Source: Minisyncoccota bacterium (GTDB taxonomy: Bacteria > Patescibacteriota > Minisyncoccia > Phycocordibacterales > UBA9973). Taken from it: 64,000 nt of DNA. The stretch's first letter is position 1; every line of letters starts with the position of its first letter. Of this stretch, positions 55,116 to 64,000 are shown one piece after another. The position numbers were made by a program, and so were the translations under genes. The notes beneath the pieces were generated by a model, which was given only the letters and a program-made list of their open reading frames with translations, ran no database searches and was not told the DNA's origin. The stretch spans positions 17,958-81,957 of the forward strand of contig JBAYFP010000001.1 in NCBI GenBank assembly GCA_041667145.1, written 5' to 3'.

Positions 55116-55147
55116 AAGCGGTTTTGTCTTATTCGACAAAACCGCTT
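55116..55147. terminator. bidirectional terminator hairpin (13-bp perfect stem)
   Basis: AAGCGGTTTTGTC ttattc GACAAAACCGCTT between convergent genes. Confidence 0.45.
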
Positions 55148-55161
55148 ATTGTTTCTGAATT

Positions 55162-55833
55162 TTATTTCAGATATAGTGGGCAGTCGCTAAAATCCCAGTT
55201 TTTTATCGATACTGCCGGTGACGAATTATTTTTACAAAGTGGACACTCATCAGGTACCCATTTTGATATCTTGCGATTGACAAGTGCAAGAATTTCTTTG
55301 TTGTTGCCAGTCCTTATCCCGGATTGATTCATAAAGGTAGCAACATATGGTAGGACATTTCCACCACTTTCCATGATGATACTGTCAATCAAAGGAATAT
55401 CCGAAAATATTGTTTCGGAGAAGAAGTTTGTAATTAGTAAAATTTCTTCTCCGGTTCGGATATCCATTGATGGGCGAGATGGTAAATTGCATTCTTCAAT
55501 AACATACCCGCCATGAAGACATGTGTTGCCATATTGTGGTATTTGCCCGAGGCGGAGTGCCATATTGTAGGCGATGATGTTTGATCTTAAATCAAGGCTT
55601 AATATTTTTTTAATTCTTTTGATGTTGCCAATCTTAGACCAAGTTATTGTGATAAGATCATTACAGATTTCATTAAGGAAATCTGGATCCTTAGTGATTA
55701 TCTCTGGTCTTGTAAAACCATCTGAATGTCTTCCCGAATGAAGAATAGCATGAGGTTTTTTTGGATCTCCACTATAATCATAGAACCAAATAATACCTCT
55801 TTTCGCTAATTCTTCTTTATGATCTAAATGCAT
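55162..55833 (-). CDS. hypothetical protein
   Basis: 223 aa, no confident motif. Confidence 0.35.
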   Translation of the reverse strand: MHLDHKEELAKRGIIWFYDYSGDPKKPHAILHSGRHSDGFTRPEIITKDPDFLNEICNDLITITWSKIGNIKRIKKILSLDLRSNIIAYNMALRLGQIPQYGNTCLHGGYVIEECNLPSRPSMDIRTGEEILLITNFFSETIFSDIPLIDSIIMESGGNVLPYVATFMNQSGIRTGNNKEILALVNRKISKWVPDECPLCKNNSSPAVSIKNWDFSDCPLYLK

Positions 55834-55940
55834 GGTTGTTCCTTTCTTTTATTGTATTCTGTTTTCAATGAGGGTTAATTTTTTTAAATTACAATAAAAA
55901 AGACAAAAAAGCAAGGGCAAAATAGAAAATATAATTTTTG

Positions 55941-56011
55941 TGCGGGATGGGGTAATCGAAACCCCGTCTAATCCTTGGGAAGGACTCATTCTACCACTAA
56001 ACTAATCCCGC
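55941..56011 (-). tRNA. tRNA-Gly (CCC)
   Basis: GCGGGAT acceptor, anticodon loop UUCCCAA, T-arm GGGGT TTCGATT ACCCC; 71 nt. Confidence 0.8.
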
Positions 56012-56106
56012 ATTCATAAAATATATCGTTATTTTGCTTTTTGAGCAAGTGTTTAAATTAAACTGGTTAATGCTTGTTGTTGTCAATAAATTACACTTGA
56101 CACGTA

Positions 56107-56115
56107 TGCTATAAT
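56107..56115 (+). promoter_or_regulatory. extended -10 TGCTATAAT 8 nt upstream of the grx ATG
   Basis: TTGACA just upstream but too close for a -35. Confidence 0.4.
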
Positions 56116-56123
56116 ATAAATAT

Positions 56124-56357
56124 ATGAAAAATATAACAATATATTCGACACCGTCTTGTCACTTTTGCCACATGGCAAAAGATTTTTTTAAGGCGAATAA
56201 CGTAGCTTACACAGAATATGATGTAGCTAGCAACTTAGAAAAAAGAAAAGAAATGGTAGATAAAAGCGGGCAAATGGGTGTGCCTGTGATCATTATAGAT
56301 AATGATATCATCGTAGGTTTCGATAAACCTCAAATATCTAAATTATTAGGACTTTAA
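56124..56357 (+). CDS. glutaredoxin-like protein (NrdH/Grx, CxxC)
   Basis: TIYSTPSCHFCHMAK thioredoxin-fold CxxC, 77 aa. Confidence 0.7.
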   Translation: MKNITIYSTPSCHFCHMAKDFFKANNVAYTEYDVASNLEKRKEMVDKSGQMGVPVIIIDNDIIVGFDKPQISKLLGL

Positions 56358-56365
56358 TAAATTTG

Positions 56366-56437
56366 TGTCCTCGCCGGGAGTCGAACCTGGATCAGCTCGT
56401 TAGGAGTGAGCTATTCTATCCATTGAACTACGAGGAC
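56366..56437 (-). tRNA. tRNA-Arg (CCU) candidate
   Basis: GTCCTCG/CGAGGAC acceptor, anticodon loop CUCCUAA; one A-C mismatch each in anticodon and T stems. Confidence 0.55.
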
Positions 56438-56522
56438 TAACTTTAGGAACTCTTATAATTTAACACAAAAAAGCTAATTTTAAAAATTGGCTTTTTTGGG
56501 ATGTGTATGATAAAATACCAAA

Positions 56523-56783
56523 ATGGATCCAGAATCTAAGCAATTGTTACAAAACACATTAGCACTTGCTGAAGAAAACAATAAAATGCTTCATAAGATT
56601 AGAGGCGCCCAGAGGAGGGAAGTCGTTTGGCGAACATTAAAGATTCTTGTGATAATAGCGATAGCTTTCGGATCTTTTTATTTCGTAGAACCATATCTAA
56701 ACAAAGTGATGGATATGTATAATTCAGTTGTTGGTGTACAACAGAAGTTAAATAGTGGTTCTGATTTATTGAAAAAATTATAG
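56523..56783 (+). CDS. hypothetical small membrane protein
   Basis: 86 aa, central TM. Confidence 0.3.
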   Translation: MDPESKQLLQNTLALAEENNKMLHKIRGAQRREVVWRTLKILVIIAIAFGSFYFVEPYLNKVMDMYNSVVGVQQKLNSGSDLLKKL

Positions 56784-56786
56784 AAT

Positions 56787-56859
56787 GCTTGGGTAGCTCA
56801 GTTAGTAGAGCATTCCCCTGAAGAGGGAAGGGTCGGCAGTGCGATTCTGCCCCCAAGCA
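56787..56859 (+). tRNA. tRNA-Phe (GAA)
   Basis: GCTTGGG acceptor, D-arm GCTC AGTTAGTA GAGC, anticodon loop CUGAAGA; 73 nt. Confidence 0.85.
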
Positions 56860-56866
56860 CAAATTT

Positions 56867-56893
56867 AAAAAACTGCAGGTTCTGCAGTTTTTT
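56867..56893. terminator. bidirectional terminator AAAAAACTGCAG-gtt-CTGCAGTTTTTT
   Basis: 12-bp stem with A/T-run tails on both strands, between tRNA-Phe (+) and hsp20 (-). Confidence 0.6.
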
Positions 56894-56899
56894 AAATTC

Positions 56900-57361
56900 T
56901 TATATTGATTTGACTTTTATTGTACTTCTTTTTTCTTTATCTACTTTTTGGATTTTGACAGTCAATAGTCCATGTTTTTCTACTGCTTCGACTTCTTCTG
57001 GCTCTACTTCTTGGGGGAGAAGTATCGAGCGGGAAAATTTACCCCAATAAAGTTCTTTTACGAAGTAATTTTCCTCATCTATTGTTCTGTTTTCTTCCCT
57101 TTTGCCTTTGATGGTGATCATATCTCTCGTCACAGCAAGTTCTAGATCTTCTGGTTTAACTCCAGCAACCATGGTTTGCAATATTATATCTGTAGGTGTC
57201 TGATAGACATCTACAGCTAGCTCTAATTCATCATTTTCTTCTTCCATCCATCCATTTCCATTTTTTTTATCTCCTTTTACAGAAACATTTTTTATTTCCT
57301 CTTCATCCTCATGTACACCACCAGTTAGTCTTTCAAAAAAACTTCTTTTTTTATTTTGCAT
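56900..57361 (-). CDS. Hsp20/alpha-crystallin small heat-shock protein
   Basis: alpha-crystallin domain pattern (..VDVYQTPTD..AVTRDMITIKGKRE..GLLTVKIQK). Confidence 0.75.
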   Translation of the reverse strand: MQNKKRSFFERLTGGVHEDEEEIKNVSVKGDKKNGNGWMEEENDELELAVDVYQTPTDIILQTMVAGVKPEDLELAVTRDMITIKGKREENRTIDEENYFVKELYWGKFSRSILLPQEVEPEEVEAVEKHGLLTVKIQKVDKEKRSTIKVKSI

Positions 57362-57368
57362 ATATTTT

Positions 57369-58079
57369 TTATTCTACGCTCATTCTTCTTAATTTTTCAA
57401 AAAGTAACATAATAATAATTGTGACGACCCAAAGAAAACCTAACACACTTAAAGAATTACTTCCGTTATTCTCCATTATAAAAAAATTAAACGCACTATG
57501 CAAGGTGATAGCCAAGATAATACCTACAAAAACATAAATATACTTAGTAAATTTACCCATAAAGAAGGAAAGTCCTAATGCTATACCTATGATACCAGTC
57601 GATACAGCGTGAAGGAGCGTGGATCCAAGGAATCTAAGCTGTCCTGTGAGTAAGCCTACAGTCGTTTGGTCTAGTGATAATGGTTTTATTAAAAAAAGAG
57701 TATTTTCGAGGGCTGCGAATCCTAATGCTGCTGTAATCAAGAATACTGGCCAGTCTACAGGTTCATCTACGCGGTTTGTCTTGTAGAGTAGGATAACCAC
57801 ACATAGATATTTTACTAATTCTTCGATGCTTGCCCAGCCAATGATTTGCCATTCGTGTGAACTTACATTATTTTGAATTAATTTTTGGAGTGGTATAACG
57901 ATGATAATAGAAAACATCCCAAGAAAAAATATTGCAGTTAAAAGTCCTTTGGGTTCGGGCTTGTTTTGGTCGTCTTCTCTAAGCCAAAACCAAAGCCAAA
58001 AGAGTGCTGGGGCTATGCCTCCTAAAAGTGCTAAACCTAAAATTTTTGGATCAGTTGTCATTAAGGGGCCATTTAGCAA
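57369..58079 (-). CDS. PrsW-family intramembrane protease
   Basis: polytopic; EELVKY (EExxK), FAALENTLF (FxxxE) and HxxxN-type motifs. Confidence 0.6.
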   Translation of the reverse strand: MLNGPLMTTDPKILGLALLGGIAPALFWLWFWLREDDQNKPEPKGLLTAIFFLGMFSIIIVIPLQKLIQNNVSSHEWQIIGWASIEELVKYLCVVILLYKTNRVDEPVDWPVFLITAALGFAALENTLFLIKPLSLDQTTVGLLTGQLRFLGSTLLHAVSTGIIGIALGLSFFMGKFTKYIYVFVGIILAITLHSAFNFFIMENNGSNSLSVLGFLWVVTIIIMLLFEKLRRMSVE

Positions 58080-60249
58080 TCATTAATAAATCATTCTTCT
58101 CTCGTTTTTTCCCGCCTGCATCACTATGCGAAGCATTGCGGGCAGGAATTATAGACCAGATTTCTTCAGTGACAAAAGGCATAAATGGATGGAGAATTAT
58201 CAAAAGTGTATTTAAGTGAGTAAATAAAAGTGTTTTTGCTGAAAGAGAATTTTGGTTTTTAATAATTTTTGTTTTTGATCTTTCTATTAAAATATCTGCA
58301 AAAGTATGCCAGAAATAATGATAAAGCTTTTCAGCAACGATTGAAAAACGGAATTCATTCATTTCTTTAGAGATTTCAGAAACGAGTTTATTTAGTTCTT
58401 CATGACTTTCTTTATCTTCAGTGTCTAGATTATCTAAATTTATAGAATTTAAGTCTTTTGTGTTTTCTATAACAAATCGTGAAGCATTCCAGATTTTATT
58501 AGCAAATTTCTTATAACCACGGATATCGTCCTCATTTAATTTTAGATCATTCCCGGGAGTATTGCCGACGACCATAGCCATGCGTAAAGCATCATTGCCA
58601 TGTTTTTCTATTATATCTAATGGATCTATTGCTTTATCTCCCATTGATTTGGACATCTTTTTTCCATCGGCTGTCCGGATCATTCCGTGTAGATATACAT
58701 TTTTAAATGGTATGTCACCCAATAAATATTGTGACATAAGTATCATTCGAGCAATCCAAAAAAATAAAATATCATGTCCTGTTTCAAGTACGCTTATAGG
58801 ATGATATGTTTTAAGATCTTTTGTCTGTTCTGGCCAACCTAGGGTAGAGAAAGTCCAAAGTCCAGAGGAAAACCAAGTATCTAATGTATCTTCATCTTGT
58901 TTCCATTCAGAACCTACAGGAGCCTCTATGTTACAATATATTTCATCTTGTTTGTACCACACAGGGATTCTATGTCCATACCATATTTGGCGAGATATAC
59001 ACCAGTCGTGTAGGTTTTCAATCCAATTATAGTAGACTTTTTCAAAATGATTGGGAATTATTTTTATTTTTCCGTCACGTACTGGTTCGAGCATCAATTC
59101 TTTTAGAGATTTATTACTACGGGAAGAAATTTTCTTATTTACATCTATAAACCATTGGAGCATTATTTGTGGTTCTATAATTCCACCAGTTCGTTCAGCA
59201 GTAGCAACTCTGTTTATATAATTTTCATCAACAGATATAAGTAACCCTTTGCTCTTTAATTTTTCAACAATTTTTTCACGTGCATCTAGGATTTTCATCC
59301 CCGCAAACTCCTGAGCTATAGGAAGCAATTTGCCATATTTGTCTATTATTTGTTCTTTGTCCAATTTGTATTTTTCTGCTAGAGCAAAGTCTTCATGTGA
59401 ATGCCATGGAGTGATGGTCATGACTCCAGTACCAAACTCCATGTCGATCATTTCATCTTTTATGATAGTCGCTTCTATAGGCCCATTTATCCATTCAAGT
59501 TTTATTTTTTGCATGTGCTTCCAGTCTTTATATCTTTTATCATCTGGATGCATCACCACATATTTATCTCCAAATTTTGTTTCAGGTCGCGCTGTACTTA
59601 TCTCAAATGGGCCATATTTAAAAGTATAAAATTTGTTTTTTCTTTCTTCGTATACTATTTCGTCATCTGAGATGACTGTTTGACCCTTTGGGTCCCAATT
59701 GACCATACGATTCCCTCGATAAATAAGACCATCGTCATACATTTGTTTGAATGCAGTTTTAACAGCGAGATTGCGTTTTTCATCGAGAGTAAAAGCTTCT
59801 CTAGACCAGTCGAGAGAAGCTCCCATTTTTTTTGCTTGGCCAACTATTGTGTTGTGTGAATCTTGAGCATATTTTTCTACTTTTTTTAGAAATTCTTCAC
59901 GGCCTATATCATTTTTACGAATACCTTCTTTTTCTAACAGTTTTTCGACTTTTGATTGAGTAGCTATAGCTGCATGGTCTGTCCCAGGCAACCATAAAGT
60001 ATTTTTACCATTCATTCGAGCATAGCGGATCATGATATCTTCAATGATTAAAGTGAGTGCATGTCCTGTGTGTAGACTACCTGTCACATTCGGTGGAGGA
60101 AGGACTATAGAAAAAGATTCTGTATTAGATTTTGTTATTCCATTTTTTATGCAAATATCTGGATTAAAAAAACCAGACTCTTCCCAGAGCTTGTATATTT
60201 TATCCTCAGTTTCTTTTGGGTCGTAGGGCTTTAGTAATCTCTCATCCAT
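58051..60249 (-). CDS. valS: valyl-tRNA synthetase
   Basis: HIGH (SLHTGHAL), KMSKS (KMSKSMGD), WCISRQIWYGHRIPVWY; C-terminal tail carries family B palindromic element. Confidence 0.8.
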   Translation of the reverse strand: MDERLLKPYDPKETEDKIYKLWEESGFFNPDICIKNGITKSNTESFSIVLPPPNVTGSLHTGHALTLIIEDIMIRYARMNGKNTLWLPGTDHAAIATQSKVEKLLEKEGIRKNDIGREEFLKKVEKYAQDSHNTIVGQAKKMGASLDWSREAFTLDEKRNLAVKTAFKQMYDDGLIYRGNRMVNWDPKGQTVISDDEIVYEERKNKFYTFKYGPFEISTARPETKFGDKYVVMHPDDKRYKDWKHMQKIKLEWINGPIEATIIKDEMIDMEFGTGVMTITPWHSHEDFALAEKYKLDKEQIIDKYGKLLPIAQEFAGMKILDAREKIVEKLKSKGLLISVDENYINRVATAERTGGIIEPQIMLQWFIDVNKKISSRSNKSLKELMLEPVRDGKIKIIPNHFEKVYYNWIENLHDWCISRQIWYGHRIPVWYKQDEIYCNIEAPVGSEWKQDEDTLDTWFSSGLWTFSTLGWPEQTKDLKTYHPISVLETGHDILFFWIARMILMSQYLLGDIPFKNVYLHGMIRTADGKKMSKSMGDKAIDPLDIIEKHGNDALRMAMVVGNTPGNDLKLNEDDIRGYKKFANKIWNASRFVIENTKDLNSINLDNLDTEDKESHEELNKLVSEISKEMNEFRFSIVAEKLYHYFWHTFADILIERSKTKIIKNQNSLSAKTLLFTHLNTLLIILHPFMPFVTEEIWSIIPARNASHSDAGGKKREKNDLLMIAKWPLNDN
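58111..58146. repeat. 36-bp family B palindromic element in frame at the valS C-terminus
   Basis: CCCGCCTGCATCACTATGCGAAGCATTGCGGGCAGG; encodes PARNASHSDAGG, cf. def PARNATHSVAGG. Confidence 0.7.
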
Positions 60250-60281
60250 TACTCGATAATAACATAAAATATTGACGTTTT

Positions 60282-61427
60282 CTACTTTAGACGTAAGTTT
60301 CCCTTCGCTTTAATTTTTGAGGTTTTGGCTAGTTTATCTTTGTTTTTTAAAAACTGTAAATATCCGACTATCCCTATCATTATAGAGTTATCTCCTGATA
60401 ATTCCTTTTTTGGGAAAAATAATTTTGTGTTTTTATCCATAACCTTTTTCATTTGCCTCTGTAGGTGTCTATTACAAGCAACTCCACCGGCAACAATTAA
60501 AGTTTTAGCTTTATATTTTTCTTTTGCCTTGATTGTTTTATAAATTAGAGTTTCTACGACAGCGTTTTCAAATTCTAAAGCTATAGCTTGTTTTGTTTTT
60601 TCATCTTTTAAAATATTTGGATTTTCTTTTTCTAAGTCACGTATTAAATAGAGTACCGCTGTTTTTAATCCTGAAAATGAGAAATCAAAATTTTTACTAT
60701 AAAGCATAGGGCGGGGAAGAGAATTTTTTTTAGCTTTGCCTGTATGCTTTTGTGAATGGTCTGGCCGGGGTAGGGGACCCGGGGAACCGAGGACCTGAGC
60801 AAAAGCATCGGGCAAGGCTAATCTTGCCTCCTCAGCTAATTTTGAAATTTTTGGGCCACCAGGGTATTCTAACCCGAGCATTCGTGCGACTTTATCGTAT
60901 GCTTCACCAGCTGCGTCATCTAAGGTTTCACCGATGATTTTATATTTTTCAAAGTTTTTTGTAATAATTAGTTCTGTATGTCCTCCAGAGACAAGAAGTG
61001 ACAAAATAGGGGATTCTATTTTTGGAATATTAAACTTTCCTTTGTTTTTTCCAAAGACAGATAATATGTGTCCTTCCATATGATTTACAGGTATGAGTGG
61101 GACTTTCCATTTTTCGGCTAGTTCTTTTGCAAAGGTTATCCCAGTCCAGAGTGAAGGTTCTAGCCCTGGTCCATATGTCACAGCTATTGCATCTATTTTT
61201 TCTTTGGTGATTTTTTTTAGTACTTGCTCTAAAAGTATAGGTAGATTTTTTATATGTTCTCTTTTTGCAAGCATAGGAAAAACTCCACCATATTGTGCAT
61301 GGATTTTAACTTGTGAATTTGACACATTGGCTAGTATTTTAAAAGAGGTATTTTCTTTATTTCCCTTTACCTCCATTACGGTTAGAGCCGTGTCGTCGCA
61401 GCTTGTTTCAATACTTAAAATTCTCAT
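60282..61427 (-). CDS. tsaD: tRNA N6-adenosine threonylcarbamoyltransferase TsaD
   Basis: MRILSIETSCDDTA, HMEGH, VAGGVACN motifs; carries GC-rich insertion. Confidence 0.85.
   Translation of the reverse strand: MRILSIETSCDDTALTVMEVKGNKENTSFKILANVSNSQVKIHAQYGGVFPMLAKREHIKNLPILLEQVLKKITKEKIDAIAVTYGPGLEPSLWTGITFAKELAEKWKVPLIPVNHMEGHILSVFGKNKGKFNIPKIESPILSLLVSGGHTELIITKNFEKYKIIGETLDDAAGEAYDKVARMLGLEYPGGPKISKLAEEARLALPDAFAQVLGSPGPLPRPDHSQKHTGKAKKNSLPRPMLYSKNFDFSFSGLKTAVLYLIRDLEKENPNILKDEKTKQAIALEFENAVVETLIYKTIKAKEKYKAKTLIVAGGVACNRHLQRQMKKVMDKNTKLFFPKKELSGDNSIMIGIVGYLQFLKNKDKLAKTSKIKAKGNLRLK
60754..60798. repeat. family E GC-rich element inside tsaD
   Basis: coding strand CAGGTCCTCGG-TTCCCCGGGTCCCCTACCCCGG-CCAGACCATTC; encodes inserted GSPGPLPRPDHSQ. 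Confidence 0.45.
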
Positions 61428-61513
61428 GTGCGTTTATACTAGCAAATATAGGTATATTTGCAAAATCATTAGATGATATATGTCTAAATTAAAATTTATG
61501 TTATTATGGTTTC

Positions 61514-62786
61514 ATGAAATCACCAGAAGGCCCTAGAAAAGTAAAGAATAAAAATGAAGATGTTATTCCAGAATATGGGTTAGAAGATGGCATAAAAAAA
61601 TTAGTTAGTCTTATCCAAGAGAAAATTTCTAAAGGCATTTTGCCTGTTATTGTCAGAGTGGCTGGAGGTTCTGCTTGTGGCAAGACGACAGAAGTATCAG
61701 AGAAAATTAAAAGAATTTTTAATGAAGATGAAGTGCTTATTCTTTCCATGGATAATCATTATTTTGATAAACATCATTGGGTAAAAATGGCTAAACAAGG
61801 AATTTCTAAACCTAATGTAGATGAACCGGCTTCAATTAATTTTGCGTCAGTAGAAAAAAATGAAGAACAGTTGATAAGTGGGAAAACAATTGAAGAGCCA
61901 TTATATAGTCACAGAATGCAAGAAGCTACTAAAACAGTTACAGAACAACCGCATAATATAATTGTTGAAGAAGGTATTTTTAATCTTCTTCTTGAAAAAA
62001 AATCTGAGAGACATATCAATGTATTTGTTGATACTGATACTTATGGGAGAATGATTCGACGAGTTTATAGAGATGTAAAATATAGGATGAGACCAAATGA
62101 GACTGCAGCTGATATGCTTAAATATGTTCTTGAAACAGTTGAGCCTATGTATGAGAAGCATGTAAAGCCCACTATGGAAAATGCTGATATGATTATTAAT
62201 AATCCATTTGATCCAGAGTCTGAAACAGAAAAATTTGAGTTGAAAGAAGCGCAATTAAATTTTAAAACCGAATTAACTTCAGAAAAATTACTTGCCTTAG
62301 GTGCTAAAGTGATTGATCAAGCAGAGCAGGTAGATTATTACTATAATCCCAAAAACTTAGATGAAACTGGGGAAACTTTGAGAATTCGTCATGAATTTAG
62401 GATAGGCGAGGAAGAAAATAATGAGAAAGAAACTATTTTTTTTTGGTTACAAAGGACCTGAGAAGGGTGTTGAATCAGATTTTAGAGTACATCCAAAATT
62501 AGAATTTGAAATAGATAAAGATGCTGAAAAAAAATTTATAGAAACATTTGGTGATCATACAAAAAGAATAGAAAAAGATAGGATTTTGTACGAACTTGAT
62601 GGGGTAATGTTTTTTCTTGATGATGTTGTAAAAATTGAAAAAGGTGATGTACAGACTTATTTAGAAAAGTTTATAGAAATTAGATCAACTGATAAAGAAA
62701 TTAACGATGAAAAGATAAAATCTTTGGTTTCAAAACTTGGTCTTAAAATGGAAGATGGAATAAAAACTCCTTATTCTAAGATGTAA
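61514..62786 (+). pseudogene. P-loop kinase (uridine kinase/PRK family)-CYTH domain fusion, frameshifted at a T9 tract
   Basis: Walker A AGGSACGKTT; CYTH (ELKEAQLNFKTEL..ETLRIRHE; YKGPEKG..); frames 61514-62461 and 62421-62786 rejoin if T9 (62436-62444) is read as T8. Confidence 0.6.
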
Positions 62787-62789
62787 TGT

Positions 62790-62864
62790 GTGGGCGGCAC
62801 AGGAATCGAACCTGTTACCTTGTCTACGTCAAAGACACGCTCTAGCCAAATGAGCTAGCCGCCC
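62790..62864 (-). tRNA. tRNA-Val (GAC)
   Basis: GGGCGGC acceptor, anticodon loop UUGACGU, T-arm ACAGG TTCGATT CCTGT; 75 nt. Confidence 0.85.
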
Positions 62865-62873
62865 AAAATTTGA

Positions 62874-63623
62874 TTATACAGCAAGTTTCTCCAATATTCC
62901 AAGTTCTTCTTTTGTATTTGGCTGGAATGCTTCGATAACATTTGCCAATGGTGCTGATTCTATTTTTATGTTTTGATGACGAGCTATTTCAAGGAGATCA
63001 CCTATATAATATTCCTTTTGTGTGTTTTCATTTTTTATAGAACCAATATTTTTCCAAAGCCAATTTGAGTCAAAAGCATAGACTGCTGGATTTAGCTCTT
63101 TTATTAATTTTTCTTTTTCTGAAGTGTCTTTAAATTCGACAATACCTTCTATTGATCCATCACTTCCTCTTATTATTCTCCCAAAATGCCTTAGGCCTGA
63201 TCTCCATCCTTCAAAGTCCGGCATAGATACCGTCGCTATTGTTATTATAGATTTTTTTTCTTCGTGTTTTTTTAAAAGATGTTCGATTGTTTTTTTTGAA
63301 ATAAGTGGCTGATCGCAAGAGAGTATCAATACAGTATTGTGCTCATAGGAGATGGCTTTTTTTGCTGCAGCGACTGCATGCCCTGTTCCTAATGGCTCAT
63401 CTTGGATAGCATATAGATAATCATTCCCCAAGACCTCTTTTATTCTTTCTTTTTTATGGCACACTACGATTATTGGTTTGAGTGGTATATCTAAAGTAGA
63501 TACAGTATCGAGTATATGTTTGATAAGAGGTTTTTTCTTGAGTATTTGAAGTGCTTTTGGTTCGTCAGACTTCATGCGTGTTCCTTTTCCTCCTGCTAAT
63601 ATTATTATTTGTGTATTTTGCAT
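62874..63623 (-). CDS. sugar-phosphate nucleotidyltransferase (GlmU N-terminal domain-like)
   Basis: ILAGGKGTRMKSDEPKAL signature. Confidence 0.65.
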   Translation of the reverse strand: MQNTQIIILAGGKGTRMKSDEPKALQILKKKPLIKHILDTVSTLDIPLKPIIVVCHKKERIKEVLGNDYLYAIQDEPLGTGHAVAAAKKAISYEHNTVLILSCDQPLISKKTIEHLLKKHEEKKSIITIATVSMPDFEGWRSGLRHFGRIIRGSDGSIEGIVEFKDTSEKEKLIKELNPAVYAFDSNWLWKNIGSIKNENTQKEYYIGDLLEIARHQNIKIESAPLANVIEAFQPNTKEELGILEKLAV

Positions 63624-63751
63624 TAAATTTTTTTATTTAATTTATATTTAGTTATATTAACATTTTTATTCTCATAACGTCTAGGTGTACAATTCAGTAA
63701 GACTCTATTTTCTTTTTAGATTACTTTAAAAAAGTGATATAATTTATTCAA

Positions 63752-64000
63752 ATGACTAAGATAAATATTGTGGCGATTAATCTTCAATCAGGTGTCGGTA
63801 TGACGAAAGGTGGTTTTCATATCCCATTAAATACTTGGAAATATTGGTTGCCACATTCACATAAACCTATTTCGGATGCAGGGGAAATGATAAAGGATGA
63901 AGGTGTAGATATCGCCTGTGTGACAGAGATTACAGAAAGTTCTATACGCACAGGTTTTCGTTCACAGACGGATTTTCTTGCAAGGAAATCAGGATTGCGA
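63752..64000 (+). CDS. endonuclease/exonuclease/phosphatase-family protein (5' partial, runs off window)
   Basis: ATG 63752 preceded by TGATATAAT; N-terminal INIVAINLQ..DIACVTE pattern. Confidence 0.3.
   Translation, partial: MTKINIVAINLQSGVGMTKGGFHIPLNTWKYWLPHSHKPISDAGEMIKDEGVDIACVTEITESSIRTGFRSQTDFLARKSGLR

Noticed and set aside
56095-56100. TTGACA upstream of grx as a -35 box
   Set aside because: It lies only 7 nt from the TATAAT, far too close for a sigma-70 -35/-10 pair; the extended -10 alone is the likelier promoter.
57369-58079. valS and prsW overlap by 29 nt as evidence of a fused or mis-called gene
   Set aside because: The two proteins are unrelated and complete. The overlap probably reflects a slightly downstream true PrsW start (MTTDPK) and the inserted palindromic element lengthening the valS tail.

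Overview
AT-rich, gene-dense window (about 60 CDS, 5 tRNAs, no rRNA, no CRISPR). The housekeeping set (def-fmt, hisS, lepB, pth, dnaE, gap, dapF, rpiB-rpe, ychF, leuS, murJ, lepA, eno, ppsA, valS, tsaD) and the compact style suggest a small-genome, Patescibacteria/CPR-like bacterium (inference). The first ~10.4 kb looks accessory. It holds three copies of a 28-bp SD+ATG repeat around pepE, an AbiEi/AbiEii abortive-infection pair, a 427-aa unknown protein with an Rx4H motif, a terminase-small-like gene, a membrane trypsin-like protease, and a large serine recombinase. The recombinase's 3' end overlaps a tRNA (probably Asn-GUU) split by a ~245-nt group I intron of the Azoarcus/cyanobacterial type. 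The rest is core genome, with a tandem pair of ~590-aa cysteine-rich paralogs, a cytidylyltransferase plus three GH130 domains, and a dockerin/cohesin three-gene module. It also carries several families of short GC-rich palindromic elements. Some sit in intergenic or start-codon-proximal positions (a GTACT...AGTAC hairpin family, a structured element whose conserved core sits inside locus-specific long stems). Others are inserted in frame inside essential genes (def, valS, lepA, eno, fmt, tsaD, leuS). The consensus TGTTATAAT-N6-ATG upstream of pth, rpiB and gap suggests leaderless mRNAs. A T9 tract frameshifts a kinase-CYTH fusion gene.
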